DNA from: an uncultured delta proteobacterium
Lineage (GTDB): Bacteria > Desulfobacterota > Desulfobacteria > Desulfobacterales > SG8-13
Direction: 5' to 3'
DNA: 64,000 nucleotides
Assembly: GCA_963848135.1 (NCBI GenBank)
Contig: CAWKCK010000003.1
Location: 186,001-250,000 of the forward strand
Shown: piece after piece, positions 48,355 through 59,134 of the stretch
How positions within the stretch are numbered: the first letter of the stretch is position 1
Layout: every line of letters begins with the position of its first letter
The notes under the pieces: model-generated
The model's database searches: none
The model's input: the letters and a program-made list of their open reading frames with translations, nothing else
Told to the model about the DNA's origin: nothing
Translations under genes and position numbers: made by a program

Positions 48355-49056
48355 ATGGTAAAAACAATCGCACCTAAAAAGCTCGTCCTTCTCTGCGTGT
48401 GTTGTCTATTCCTGCTTACTGGCTGTTCAACCTACAATGCTGTGCGGGATTTCTTTGTTAAACCAAAGGACGTGGAACCGGCAGAAGTGCTGGTTCAAAA
48501 GGGGATGGATGAGTTTGAAAGCGGAGATTATAGGGCCGCCCTGGAAAATTTTCAGAAACTCAAAGACTGGTACCCTTTCAGTAAATATGTCACCCTTGCA
48601 GAACTGAAAATTGCGGATTCGCATTATCGCCGCGAAGAGTATGCAGAGGCCATTGTTGCTTACCGGGAATTCGCAGACCTTCATCCCAATAACGAGGCGG
48701 TGCCTTACGTAATCTATCAGATCGGCCGCTGTAATTTTGACCAAATGGATGCTATTGATCGCGATCAAAGTGTCACCAGAAAAGCCCTGGATACTTTTCT
48801 TCAACTTCAACAGCAGTATCCAAGTTCCCTTTACGCGGAAAAGGCTACCGAACATATCAACAAATGCCTTAAAAATCTGGCCGGCAACGAATTTTACATC
48901 GCGATGTTCTACTATAAAAGCAAACGCTACGATGCGGCTTTGCAAAGATTTAAGGCCATCTTGATCAAGTACCCAGATGTCGGGGTTAACCGAATCGCCC
49001 TACAGTATATTACCAAGTGTGAAACCTCCCTGGCAAAATTATCCCAGACAGAATAA
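48355..49056 (+). CDS. bamD: Outer-membrane assembly lipoprotein BamD
   Basis: LTGC lipobox, TPR pattern YPFSKY...FADLHP...DRDQS...EFYIAMFY. Confidence 0.93.
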   Translation: MVKTIAPKKLVLLCVCCLFLLTGCSTYNAVRDFFVKPKDVEPAEVLVQKGMDEFESGDYRAALENFQKLKDWYPFSKYVTLAELKIADSHYRREEYAEAIVAYREFADLHPNNEAVPYVIYQIGRCNFDQMDAIDRDQSVTRKALDTFLQLQQQYPSSLYAEKATEHINKCLKNLAGNEFYIAMFYYKSKRYDAALQRFKAILIKYPDVGVNRIALQYITKCETSLAKLSQTE

Positions 49057-49201
49057 AAACACTTTACACAGCTGAGTTATTGCGGTAGTTATGCGGTTTT
49101 GGTTTTCTCTGATAGGAGAGCCGCACCGATAGGCGACTCTTTCCGTTAACTTGTGGGGCCGAAAGGGCGAGGAAAGAGGCAACGATAAGGAGTTTTAGAA
49201 A

Positions 49202-49393
49202 ATGTCAAAAGCTTGCGAAATGTGTGGAAAAAAACCGATGGTGGGCAACAATGTGAGTCATGCTCACAATCTCAATAAGCGCCGCTTTAATCCCAACCTC
49301 CAGCGGGTCAGAGCCAAGATAGACGGGCAAGTGAAAAAGATAGTGGTGTGCACCAACTGCATAAAATCAGGCCACGTCGTCAAGGCGCCTTAA
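49202..49393 (+). CDS. rpmB: 50S ribosomal protein L28 (zinc-ribbon form)
   Basis: [19 protein letters not shown]...RRFNPNLQ...VCTNCIKSG. Confidence 0.97.
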   Translation: MSKACEMCGKKPMVGNNVSHAHNLNKRRFNPNLQRVRAKIDGQVKKIVVCTNCIKSGHVVKAP

Positions 49394-49455
49394 ACGATGC
49401 GATAATACCGTTTCAGTTGTGATTGCGCCTTGTCAAACCACCGCCCCGACAGGGT

Positions 49456-51600
49456 TCAACGCATCCGCTTAACCTCCAGTACATGCTTCACTTTCTTGAT
49501 CGATGATAAAATACGGTCCAAGTGATCGGTGTTTTCCACATCGATCGTAAAGAAACTGTTCACGATCTTGTTATCCATCGTTTCGGTTTTAGCGTTCAGA
49601 ATGTTGGCTTCATTCTTGCTGATATTACTAACGACATCAGCCAACAATCCAACACGGTCATGTGACCGGATGCGAATTTTTACCGGATATGTTTCTGATT
49701 TCTCTATGCTCCACTCCACGTCGATTTGACGCTCAGGGCTTATTTTGAGTGCATTTACACAGCTGGTTCGGTGTACGGTAACACCATAACCGCGGGTTAT
49801 GTAACCAACGATAGAATCACCGGGAACCGGCTGGCAGCATTTTCCAAATCGAATCAAGATGTCATCCACACCCTTGACCACCACCCCTCCCTTGGGTTTC
49901 TTTTTCCGCACACGTCCCATTAACTTGTTGAAGATCGAATCCTGACGATCTTCTTCATCGTTTTTTGCGGTGATACGCCGAACCACTTGAAGGGGTGTTA
50001 TTTTTCCGTAACCGACGCTGGCGATCAAGTCGTCAACCGTCTTGAAACCGAAGTGCCCGACAACCTGTTCCATCTCCGGCGACTTCAGTAGTGACGAAAA
50101 GTTGAGCCGGTACTTTCGGAACGCTTTTTCACACATTTCCCGCCCGAGGGTGATACTGCGATCTTTTTCCTGTGTTTTGATCCATTGTCGAATTCGAGAT
50201 CGCGCTTTGACCGTTTTGACGAACTTGAGCCAGTCTTTGCTCGGTTGGTGGTTTTTCTGAGTAACGACTTCCACAACATCACCGGTTTGAAGCTCATACT
50301 GTAGCGGCACCATGCGGTCGTTGACCTTGGCTCCGACACACTGATTGCCAACTTCTGTATGGATCATGAAAGCAAAATCAACAGGGGTCGCGCCCTTGGG
50401 GAGGGTTTTAATTTCACCCCTGGGGGTGAACACATAGACGTCATCCGGAAAAAGGTCTATGCGCACATTTTCCATGAATTCGCCCGGATCCCGGAAATGT
50501 TCCTGGTTCTCGATTAAATCCTGGATCCAAGCGTATACGCGGCCGGCGCTATCATCGGCCTTCTTGCCTTCCTTATAGCTCCAATGGGCCGCAATTCCGG
50601 ACTTGGCGACCTTGTCCATTTCCCCGGTACGAATCTGTACCTCCATTCTCTCCCCGTAGGGACCGAAAACCGTGGTATGAAGCGACTGGTACATATTCGC
50701 TTTAGGTCTGCTGATGTAGTCCTTGAACTTAATATCGATCGGCTTCCAGAGAGAGTGAATCAACCCCAACGTCTCGTAACACTGGGGAATTGTCTCGACG
50801 ATAATCCTGAATGCGATGATGTCATAAACATCTTCAAAGGCAAGGTTCTGAGACATCATCTTATGGTGGATACTGTAGTAGTTTTTATTGCGGCCCAGCA
50901 CTTCACATTTTAGATTGGCCTCGGCCATTTTTTTTAGAATATACTTTTTGACGGTATCTACGTATTTTTCACGCTCCTGTTGATCCTTGGCGACCAAGCT
51001 TTTAATCTTTTCATATTCATCGGGTACCAGGTACTTGAAGGATATGTCTTCCAGTTCTTTCTTGATCCAGTATATACCCAGGCGAGAAGCTATCGGGGCG
51101 TAAATGTCCATGGTTTCCTGGGCGATTGTGGTCTTTTTATTGTCGCTGTGGTGGTACTGCAAAGTTCGCATATTGTGCAGGCGATCGGCCAGCTTGATTA
51201 AAATGACACGGATGTCATCGGCCATGGCCAACAACATTTTACGGATGCTCTCCGCCTGTCGCGCCTGTGAACTGATCAGGCGTAACTTGCCCAGTTTTGT
51301 GACGCCGGATACAATGTGTACGACCTCTTGGCCAAAGAGTTCACGGAGTTCTTCCGGTTGCGCGGCGGTATCCTCGAGAACATCATGCAAGAGTCCCGCT
51401 GAAACGCTGACTTCGTCGAGGTTCATGTCTGCCAGGATCCCGGCGACTTCAAGCGGATGGGACAGGTAAGGCTCACCGGAAAGGCGCACCTGACCTTCAT
51501 GGACACGGGCCGAATATATATACGCCCGTTCAATCAAACTGAGATCGGCTTCCGGAATGTAGCCGGCAACCCGATCGAGGATGTCGGTGATTCGGATCAT
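49456..51600 (-). CDS. spoT: Bifunctional (p)ppGpp synthetase/hydrolase
   Basis: SGEPY..HP, LLHDVLED (intact HD), KLADRLHNMRTL, YQSLHT, EVQIRT, TGS, CC and ACT domains. Confidence 0.97.
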   Translation of the reverse strand: MIRITDILDRVAGYIPEADLSLIERAYIYSARVHEGQVRLSGEPYLSHPLEVAGILADMNLDEVSVSAGLLHDVLEDTAAQPEELRELFGQEVVHIVSGVTKLGKLRLISSQARQAESIRKMLLAMADDIRVILIKLADRLHNMRTLQYHHSDNKKTTIAQETMDIYAPIASRLGIYWIKKELEDISFKYLVPDEYEKIKSLVAKDQQEREKYVDTVKKYILKKMAEANLKCEVLGRNKNYYSIHHKMMSQNLAFEDVYDIIAFRIIVETIPQCYETLGLIHSLWKPIDIKFKDYISRPKANMYQSLHTTVFGPYGERMEVQIRTGEMDKVAKSGIAAHWSYKEGKKADDSAGRVYAWIQDLIENQEHFRDPGEFMENVRIDLFPDDVYVFTPRGEIKTLPKGATPVDFAFMIHTEVGNQCVGAKVNDRMVPLQYELQTGDVVEVVTQKNHQPSKDWLKFVKTVKARSRIRQWIKTQEKDRSITLGREMCEKAFRKYRLNFSSLLKSPEMEQVVGHFGFKTVDDLIASVGYGKITPLQVVRRITAKNDEEDRQDSIFNKLMGRVRKKKPKGGVVVKGVDDILIRFGKCCQPVPGDSIVGYITRGYGVTVHRTSCVNALKISPERQIDVEWSIEKSETYPVKIRIRSHDRVGLLADVVSNISKNEANILNAKTETMDNKIVNSFFTIDVENTDHLDRILSSIKKVKHVLEVKRMR

Positions 51601-51719
51601 ATACGCGGGTAAGAACCAACTGTATCCAGGTAAAATGTTGCTGCCACCGCTTGCGGCAGAACCGGGAACCGCTCCGGCCCCTTATGCAAGTCATATCCTC
51701 CCGCCATGCGAGGTCGTTT

Positions 51720-53258
51720 TCAGTATGCCCTGGCGAAAACAACCCTCCCGGATGACGGTTGTCCACAATGGATACATCCGCCGCGACCCCCATCGTCCTC
51801 AACAGTGTCTGTGAAGGGAATACAGCGGATGGTGACACCGAGTTTTTCTTTGATAACGGTTTCACACTCGGCAGATTCGCACCAGTGCGAAAGAGAGAAT
51901 CCGCCGTGAATTTCGGGTTTTTCTTTGTTCAGCGGTGTAAAGTAATCATGAAATACTGCGGCGTCATCGATCACAGAGGTATGGGCTTTCTGGAAGGTAA
52001 TGGCCCGATCGAACAGGTTGGATTGAATACTGTCAAGCAACACCGTGATCTCAGCAATAAACTGCTCCCGTTTAATGGAAACTTTTTTCCTTTGATCCAG
52101 ATCCCTGCGGCCCACAAACACGGCCTCTTCGGTAATATCGCGCGGGCCGATTTCAACCCGGAGGGGTATTCCTTTCTTAATCCATTCCCAGCCCCTGGCG
52201 CCACCGATGTCCCGATTATCGATTTCCACTCCGATTGGCCGATTCCCGTAAGACTTTCGCCGCAGAGCCTCTGCCAGGCTGTCAACGTAGGGCATCACGG
52301 TCGCGCGATCATCGGGGTTACGAAAGATAGGCAACAACACTACATGTGCAGGCGCAACCATTGGCGGCAGGACGATGCCGTTATCATCCCCGTGAGTCAT
52401 GATTACGCCGCCAATCAAACGGGTTGACGAACCCCATGATGTCGTCCAGGCATACTGTTCCTGTTCGTTGGCATCCTGATATTTTATACCCGAGGCCCGG
52501 GCGAAATTCTGTCCCAAGAAGTGGGACGTACCGGCTTGCAGAGCACGGCGATCCTGCATCATCGCCTCGATACACAAGGTGTCTACGGCACCAGGAAACC
52601 TCTCTGCCGGGGATTTTCGTCCCTTGATGACGGGAATCGCCAAGTATTTTTCGACAAGTTCGGTATAAACATCGAGCATCAACCGGGTCCTGGCCTGGGC
52701 TTCATCCTCGGTGGCGTGGGCGGTGTGTCCTTCCTGCCACAAAAATTCACTGGTCCTCAGGAACATCCGGGTCCGCATTTCCCAGCGAACGACATTGGCC
52801 CACTGATTGATCAGAATCGGTAAATCGCGGTAACTGCTGATCCATTTGGAGAAAGAATCGCCGATGATCGTCTCCGACGTCGGCCTTACAACCAACGGTT
52901 CCGCGAGGGGTCCCGCCGGCACCAGGCCGCCGTCGGGACCTTGCTCAAGCCTATGGTGCGTAACGACGGCACATTCCTTGGCGAATCCCTCAACGTGTTT
53001 GGCCTCGGTCTCGAGAAAGCTCAGAGGAATAAAAAGTGGGAAATAGGCGTTTTTCACTCCGGTGGCCTTGAACATTGCATCCATGGCGCGCATGATGTTT
53101 TCCCACAAGCTGTAACCCCAGGGTTTTATAACCATGCACCCTCTCACGGGTGATTTTTCGGCCAGATCCGAAGCTTTGATGACCTGCTGATACCACTCCG
53201 AATAGTTATCGTCCCGCGTCGGGGTTATGGCTGTCTTCGGTGTTTGCTGTTTTCCCAT
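51720..53258 (-). CDS. proS: Proline--tRNA ligase, eukaryote/archaeal type (no INS editing domain)
   Basis: YSEWYQ, RPTSET, NQWANVVRWEMR.R.FLRTSEFLWQEGHT, QAGTSHFLGQNF, C-terminal Cys cluster and FARAY. Confidence 0.96.
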   Translation of the reverse strand: MGKQQTPKTAITPTRDDNYSEWYQQVIKASDLAEKSPVRGCMVIKPWGYSLWENIMRAMDAMFKATGVKNAYFPLFIPLSFLETEAKHVEGFAKECAVVTHHRLEQGPDGGLVPAGPLAEPLVVRPTSETIIGDSFSKWISSYRDLPILINQWANVVRWEMRTRMFLRTSEFLWQEGHTAHATEDEAQARTRLMLDVYTELVEKYLAIPVIKGRKSPAERFPGAVDTLCIEAMMQDRRALQAGTSHFLGQNFARASGIKYQDANEQEQYAWTTSWGSSTRLIGGVIMTHGDDNGIVLPPMVAPAHVVLLPIFRNPDDRATVMPYVDSLAEALRRKSYGNRPIGVEIDNRDIGGARGWEWIKKGIPLRVEIGPRDITEEAVFVGRRDLDQRKKVSIKREQFIAEITVLLDSIQSNLFDRAITFQKAHTSVIDDAAVFHDYFTPLNKEKPEIHGGFSLSHWCESAECETVIKEKLGVTIRCIPFTDTVEDDGGRGGCIHCGQPSSGRVVFARAY

Positions 53259-53283
53259 ACATATCCTCGTGCAGATAGAGTTT

Positions 53284-54369
53284 TCAATTCTTCGGTTTAT
53301 AATTCTTTTCGTATTTTTCCACTTCAGACAGTAGGACTTCCACCAGTTTATCTTCGGGAAACTTCTTGACGATTTCGCCCTTCCTGAACAATATGCCGAC
53401 CCCGTTGCCGCCGGCGATACCGATATCTGCTTCCCTGGCTTCACCGGGACCGTTGACCACGCATCCCATGATCGCTATTTTGATGGGAACCGATTTGAGC
53501 AAAATCGCTTTTTCAACCTTTTCAGTAATATCGAAAAGGTCGATGTTGCAACGCCCGCAAGTGGGACACGAAATGATTTCCGGACCATGGCGGCGGATGT
53601 CCAATCCTTTCAGAATCTCGAATCCGACCCGAACCTCCTCAACCGGGTCACGTGTCAGGGAGACACGGATCGTGTCACCGATACCTTCCGCAAGCAAGAT
53701 GCCGATACCAAGCGCAGACTTGACGATCCCGGAGTACAGTCCGCCGGCTTCCGTCACGCCGACGTGGAGTGGGAAATCGGTCCGTTCAACCAATAAGCGG
53801 TATGCATCGACAGTGCGAAGAACATCAGAGGCTTTAATGGAGATTTTTATCTGCTCATAACCGAAAGCAGCCACCAGGTCGACATTACGCAGTGCGCTGT
53901 CTACCATTCCTTCCGCGGTAACTCCTCCGTACTTTTTGATCAGGTCTTTCTCGAGAGATCCGGCATTGACCCCGATCCGAATCGGTATGCCGAATTCACG
54001 GGCACTATCCACGACGGCCTTTATTTTTTTACGACTGCCGATATTGCCAGGGTTGATTCGCAAACCGTCCGCCCCCGACCGGATAGCGGCAATCGCCAAC
54101 CGGTGGTCAAAGTGAACGTCGGCGATCAACGGAATCGCGATTTGGGACTTGATGTCCGCAATGGCGGCGGCGGCGGCGGCATCCGGCACTGCCACCCGTA
54201 CAATTTCGCATCCGGCAGCCTGCAGGCGGTGAATCTGGATCACCGTCGCGGCAACATCCTGAGTCCAGGTGCTGGCCATTGACTGGACGGCTATCGGTGC
54301 ATCACCGCCGATTTTAACGCCGCCAATCGATATTTGGCGAGTTTTTTTTCTTGTCTTCACGCAACCCAT
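53284..54369 (-). CDS. ispG: 4-hydroxy-3-methylbut-2-en-1-yl diphosphate synthase
   Basis: IAVQSM, RINPGN, IRIGVNAGSL, GDTIRVSL, SCPTCGR, MGCVVNGPGE. Confidence 0.97.
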   Translation of the reverse strand: MGCVKTRKKTRQISIGGVKIGGDAPIAVQSMASTWTQDVAATVIQIHRLQAAGCEIVRVAVPDAAAAAAIADIKSQIAIPLIADVHFDHRLAIAAIRSGADGLRINPGNIGSRKKIKAVVDSAREFGIPIRIGVNAGSLEKDLIKKYGGVTAEGMVDSALRNVDLVAAFGYEQIKISIKASDVLRTVDAYRLLVERTDFPLHVGVTEAGGLYSGIVKSALGIGILLAEGIGDTIRVSLTRDPVEEVRVGFEILKGLDIRRHGPEIISCPTCGRCNIDLFDITEKVEKAILLKSVPIKIAIMGCVVNGPGEAREADIGIAGGNGVGILFRKGEIVKKFPEDKLVEVLLSEVEKYEKNYKPKN

Positions 54370-54646
54370 TTTCACCGTCCACAGGCGGAATTTGTTACCA
54401 GCCTTCAAAGGAAAACGAAAGCAAAGGCTCGCGAATCCGCCCTCAAAGTAAATTAGCCTAACAAACCGGATTAATTAGTTCAAGGGAAATGGACGGGGAG
54501 ACAGAGCACAATTATAGCGCCATTGTGGCGCTCTTCCAGCCGGCTCGGATTTTATTATTTGAACAGAATCTTGTAATGAATACGCAAATTATTTAGTATC
54601 TGAATTGGCATGAAACTGAACGTGATGAACGGGCAAAGGAGATACA

Positions 54647-55063
54647 ATGAAAAAGTCGAAAAGTGATGACAGCCGCAAGCAACCCGACCCGCTAATAGCA
54701 GAAAACATCCACAAACGCTCCAAGAAAGGGGCCCTCCCGTGTGCTGTGGCCTTCGATATTGCAGCCACCCTCGCTATTGCACCGTCATCGGTGGGAAGAA
54801 CCGCGGATTTGATGAACGTCAGCCTGAGTAAATGCCAACTCGGCCTTTTTGGGTATACGCCGAATAAAAAAATCGTTGCGGCCCACCCCCCGCAACAACC
54901 AGCAGTGGCCGACGCCATTCGCGGGAATCTGGTCAACGACCAGCTTCCTTGTGCCGAGGCCTGGAACATCGCCACCGACTACGGAATCTCAAAGATGGCG
55001 GTGGCAAACGCCTGTGAGGATATGGGTGTTAAGATTAAACCCTGTCAGCTCGGCGCATTTTAA
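54647..55063 (+). CDS. Hypothetical protein with a tandemly duplicated LPC...CQLGxF domain
   Basis: Repeats LPCAVAFDIA...SLSKCQLGLF and LPCAEAWNIA...KIKPCQLGAF; RBS AAAGGAG. Confidence 0.8.
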   Translation: MKKSKSDDSRKQPDPLIAENIHKRSKKGALPCAVAFDIAATLAIAPSSVGRTADLMNVSLSKCQLGLFGYTPNKKIVAAHPPQQPAVADAIRGNLVNDQLPCAEAWNIATDYGISKMAVANACEDMGVKIKPCQLGAF

Positions 55064-55273
55064 AAACCAGTACCGCAGGGCCAAGTGCCCAATAGCCAGC
55101 TCGGCCGACTCGTTCAACGGGTCCAAAAGGTGATATCTTTCGGAAATTTCGGCCCTCAAAGTGAGCGCTTGCCGGAGTTAATCCCTCTTCAGGGAAGATA
55201 TCGTTCTGCTATGTCACTGCGGGGTGATTCGTGTAATGGATGATGCGTATCCGAACATCGACGTCTTGGCGGC

Positions 55274-55909
55274 TTAAAGGATGCCATTGGTACCGACAAA
55301 AGGATTGTTGCGGCGCTCTTCGCCGATTGTGGTCGGCCCCATGTGGCCGGGATAAACGGTCACCGTATCATCCAATGTAAAAAGCTTGGCATGAATGCTC
55401 TTTCTGAGAGTACCGGCATCGCCGCCTGGAAAATCGGTACGTCCCACTGAGCCGGCAAACAAGGTATCTCCGACGAAAACGCAGTTATCCGTATAAAGTG
55501 AAATCCCACCCTGGGTGTGCCCGGGGGTGTGAAGAACCTTCAGCGCGATGGTGCCGACATTAATGGTATCGCCGTCTTCGAGCATTCGGTCGGGTGCGGG
55601 GGAATTCTCCGCCGACAGCCCCCAGGACGCCGCACTGTCGGCAAGGCGGGCAAGCATTGGGGCATCGATACGATGAATCAAGATCCGGGCACCAGTAACA
55701 TTTTTAATTTCCTTGTTGGCACCAACGTGATCGAAATGTCCATGCGTGTTTATGATATATTGTAGCGTCAATTCTTTCCGCGCAATCGCCAGAAGAATTC
55801 TATCCGCTTCACCGCCCGGGTCGATAACAGCGGCTTCGAGAGTGTCTTCACAGCCCAAAATATAACAGTTTGCCTGAATCGGTCCGACGGTCAACGACTC
55901 GATGATCAC
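55274..55909 (-). CDS. MBL-fold metallo-hydrolase (glyoxalase II / YcbL-like)
   Basis: THGHFDHVG, HTPGHT, GDTLFAGSVGRTD, YPGH; GTG start after AGGAGG. Confidence 0.92.
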   Translation of the reverse strand: MIIESLTVGPIQANCYILGCEDTLEAAVIDPGGEADRILLAIARKELTLQYIINTHGHFDHVGANKEIKNVTGARILIHRIDAPMLARLADSAASWGLSAENSPAPDRMLEDGDTINVGTIALKVLHTPGHTQGGISLYTDNCVFVGDTLFAGSVGRTDFPGGDAGTLRKSIHAKLFTLDDTVTVYPGHMGPTTIGEERRNNPFVGTNGIL

Positions 55910-56000
55910 GAGATCCTCCTTAACTTAATTCCGGTTTTGATTTTTTTATCGCACGCTGAAAAAAGGGCCTGATATTTCGGGTAAGCCGGCAGGCTTCAAG

Positions 56001-56453
56001 TCATTCAGGGTGTTGATCGCGGTTGCTGGTCCCGGCCTCGCCGCCATCGCTCTCCCGTTCGATACGAATACTGTCTAGAATCCCGTTTATGAAAGCACCT
56101 GATTCTTCAGTGCCGAACTTTTTACCGATATCGATAGCCTCATTGATGGTCACTTTGAAGGGGATATCGTCGCAAAACAGGATTTCATAAATGGCAATAC
56201 GCAGAATGTTCCGATCGACATATGACATTCGACTTAGCCGCCAATTATGGGAATTCTGCTCGATCAATTGATCAATGGCAATTAGAGAGTCATTGACGCC
56301 CGTAACCAATTGGTGGAAAAACGCTCGCGATTTGGCGCTCGGGGGGTAGTGTTCACAGAAGCGCTGCAGCATTTCCTCCGAGACATCCCCGGTCATGTCC
56401 ATACAAAAAAGAGCCTGCAGGGCAAGCTCTCGGGCTCTTCGGCGAATCCCCAT
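56001..56453 (-). CDS. nusB: Transcription antitermination factor
   Basis: RRRARELALQALF, DRNILR, INEAIDIGKKFG, FINGILD. Confidence 0.97.
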   Translation of the reverse strand: MGIRRRARELALQALFCMDMTGDVSEEMLQRFCEHYPPSAKSRAFFHQLVTGVNDSLIAIDQLIEQNSHNWRLSRMSYVDRNILRIAIYEILFCDDIPFKVTINEAIDIGKKFGTEESGAFINGILDSIRIERESDGGEAGTSNRDQHPE

Positions 56454-56461
56454 TTGCTGGC

Positions 56462-56929
56462 CTACGCAACCGTGGCCATTAAATTGGCCATTTCCACCGC
56501 AGATATTGCGGCATTCCAGCCTTTATTGCCGGATTTGGTTCCCGCCCGTTCGATGGCCTGTTCCACCGAATCGGTCGTGACAACCCCGAAAATGACCGGT
56601 TTTCCGGACTCCAAGCTGACCTGGGCAACCCCTTTGCTAACTTCGGCACATACGTAATCGAAATGCGGTGTGGCGCCACGGATAACTGCGCCAAGGCAAA
56701 TTATGGCATCATAGTTACCGGTCTGTACCACTTTTTGGGCTGCCAACGGAATTTCGAAAGCACCTGGTACTTTGATAACATGAATATCGCTTTCCTTGAC
56801 GCCGGTCCGCAAAAGACCATCCATGGCCCCGCCCAGCAATTTTTCGGTAATGAAGTCATTGAAGCGGCTGACAACAATACCGAAGCGCTTGCCTTTGCCG
56901 ATCAACTGTCCTTCCATTATTTTCACCAT
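56462..56929 (-). CDS. ribH: 6,7-dimethyl-8-ribityllumazine synthase
   Basis: [40 protein letters not shown]. Confidence 0.98.
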   Translation of the reverse strand: MVKIMEGQLIGKGKRFGIVVSRFNDFITEKLLGGAMDGLLRTGVKESDIHVIKVPGAFEIPLAAQKVVQTGNYDAIICLGAVIRGATPHFDYVCAEVSKGVAQVSLESGKPVIFGVVTTDSVEQAIERAGTKSGNKGWNAAISAVEMANLMATVA

Positions 56930-56989
56930 ATCGATTCCTCCGGCTTTGATATTAACGTGCGTCCATCCACGAAAAATGGATGGCACTAT

Positions 56990-57017
56990 TAAGTGTCCTA
57001 TTCATAAGTGAGAATTT
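56990..57017 (-). repeat. Remnant of the right arm of the 22336 element
   Basis: TAAGTGTCCTATTCATAAGTGAG-AATTT against the reverse complement of 22455-22483, TAAGTGTCCGATTCATAAATGAGCAATTT (2 mismatches, 1 gap). Confidence 0.7.
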
Positions 57018-57046
57018 TTTCGCTGTCACGAAGTAGGCTTCCCCGC

Positions 57047-58288
57047 TTATTGATGCGATAACGAATCTTCGCAGTTTTCGTCTTCCATTTGCAGCAGATG
57101 TCCCATTTTCAGTTTCTTGCATTCCAAATAACAGCGATTGTATTCGTTGGGTTCGACTTCGATGGGAATCTGTTCCTCTATGGTCAGTCCATATCCTTCA
57201 AGACCGATCATTTTCTTTGGATTGTTCGTGAGCAGACGCATCTTTCGGACACCTAAATTAACGAGCATCTGGGCCCCCAGACCATAATCACGCATGTCCG
57301 CCTTGAAGCCCAGTCTCTGATTGGCCTCTACGGTATCCAGACCCTGCTTGCGCTGAAGTTCATAGGCCTTCAGCTTATTGACCAGGCCAATTCCCCGCCC
57401 TTCCTGGCGCAAATAGAGTATGACCCCCATTCCTTCCTTATCGATCATGGCCATGGCCTTGTGCAGTTGGTCGCCGCAGTCGCATCGCATCGAGCCGAAA
57501 ATATCACCGGTCATGCATTCCGAATGAACCCTGACCATAACCGGTTTGCCTGGATCGATTTCACCTTTTACAAGCGCAATGTGTAATAATTGATCGACAT
57601 CGTTTTCAAAAGCGATCATCCTGAATTCTCCCCCGAACATGCTGGGTATCATCGCTTCAGCAGCTCGGTGCACAAAGGCTTCGTTTTTCATGCGGTATTC
57701 GACCAGATCGGCAATTGTACATATACCGATACCGTGCTCTTTGCTGAACTTTTCCAGCGCCGGCATGCGCGCCATGGTTCCGTCTTCATCCATAATCTCG
57801 CAGATCACGCCGGCCGGTTTCAATCCTGCCAAACGCGATAGGTCTACCGACCCCTCGGTCTGGCCAACACGGACCATTACACCACCGTCCCGGGCCCGCA
57901 GTGGAAAGATATGGCCGGGACGAACAAGGTCTCTCGGCTCGGCATCATCGGCCACCGCCGTCAGTATGGTCGTCGCCCGGTCTGCAGCCGATATACCGGT
58001 GGTGACGCCGCAGCGCGCTTCGATCGATACGGTAAAACCCGTCTGGTAGGTCGATGTGTTGTGGTCGACCATCATGGGCAGATCCAGCTTGTTTACCATG
58101 TCGTTGGACATGGCCAGGCAGATCAGGCCGCGTCCGTATTTTGCCATGAAATTAATGGCTTCAGGCGTCACCTCTTCGGCCGCCATGCACAGATCGCCCT
58201 CGTTTTCGCGGTCTTCGTCATCCACAAGAATGACCATCCGACCCGATTTGATTTCTTCAATCGCTTGTTCAATTTCGAGAATTGGCAT
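57047..58288 (-). CDS. ribBA: Bifunctional DHBP synthase / GTP cyclohydrolase II
   Basis: [50 protein letters not shown]. Confidence 0.98.
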   Translation of the reverse strand: MPILEIEQAIEEIKSGRMVILVDDEDRENEGDLCMAAEEVTPEAINFMAKYGRGLICLAMSNDMVNKLDLPMMVDHNTSTYQTGFTVSIEARCGVTTGISAADRATTILTAVADDAEPRDLVRPGHIFPLRARDGGVMVRVGQTEGSVDLSRLAGLKPAGVICEIMDEDGTMARMPALEKFSKEHGIGICTIADLVEYRMKNEAFVHRAAEAMIPSMFGGEFRMIAFENDVDQLLHIALVKGEIDPGKPVMVRVHSECMTGDIFGSMRCDCGDQLHKAMAMIDKEGMGVILYLRQEGRGIGLVNKLKAYELQRKQGLDTVEANQRLGFKADMRDYGLGAQMLVNLGVRKMRLLTNNPKKMIGLEGYGLTIEEQIPIEVEPNEYNRCYLECKKLKMGHLLQMEDENCEDSLSHQ

Positions 58289-58385
58289 TTTATTGTTCAC
58301 TCCTTTGTAGATTCCCGCCGACTATAAAACCGTTATCTTGTGTACCGGATACACTTATTTCTTTGGTTTCGGAACAAAACGGTAT

Positions 58386-59042
58386 CTACAAGTATCCTTC
58401 TTTGGATAATATATGGTGATTAATCGAATGACCTCCGTCTGATTTTTCCGTCTTGACGCCGATGACAAAGCGTTCCACGTATTTGCCAATCATATCCGTT
58501 TCAATGTTTACCTCGGCACCGATTTTCTTTATACGGATGGTCGTCATAAAAGCCGTATGCGGTATGATGCTGACATCAAAGAGATCATGGGTGCAGCGAT
58601 TGATGGTCAGGCTGATACCATCCACCGCCACGGATCCCTTTGCGATCGTATATCGCGACAGAGCCGGGCTGACGCCGATGGTGATAAGGGTCACCTTGCC
58701 TTTTGTCTGGCGATCCTTGATGATCCCCACTCCATCAATGTGACCCGATACCAGATGACCATCAATACGGTCGGATAGTCGCAGCGCCCGTTCGAGATTG
58801 ACCCGCTCACCGCTTCGCAACGCACTGAAAGTCGTTCGCGCAAGCGTTTCGGCGGATACGTCGGCTTCGAACCGTTTGCCGGAAAGAGCGACGACAGTCA
58901 AACAGGCGCCATTGACGGCGATACTGTCTCCGATCTTGGTGCCATCCAGCGGCATATCCGCCGCAATGGCCATGCGACGAGCGCCTCCGGATGAGCGGAC
59001 CGCGTTAATCGTTCCCATGCCTTCGATGATGCCGGTGAACAT
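58386..59042 (-). CDS. ribE: Riboflavin synthase
   Basis: MFTGII, GDSIAVNGACLT, GHLVSGH, IIPHT. Confidence 0.97.
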   Translation of the reverse strand: MFTGIIEGMGTINAVRSSGGARRMAIAADMPLDGTKIGDSIAVNGACLTVVALSGKRFEADVSAETLARTTFSALRSGERVNLERALRLSDRIDGHLVSGHIDGVGIIKDRQTKGKVTLITIGVSPALSRYTIAKGSVAVDGISLTINRCTHDLFDVSIIPHTAFMTTIRIKKIGAEVNIETDMIGKYVERFVIGVKTEKSDGGHSINHHILSKEGYL

Positions 59043-59134
59043 ACTGTATCCGGTATTCTGTAGTCGTTAATCCATGCTGGGGGAAATGTATCCCGCAGCT
59101 ACGATAGCATTTTGATCCGCTGGACTGTGGCAAT

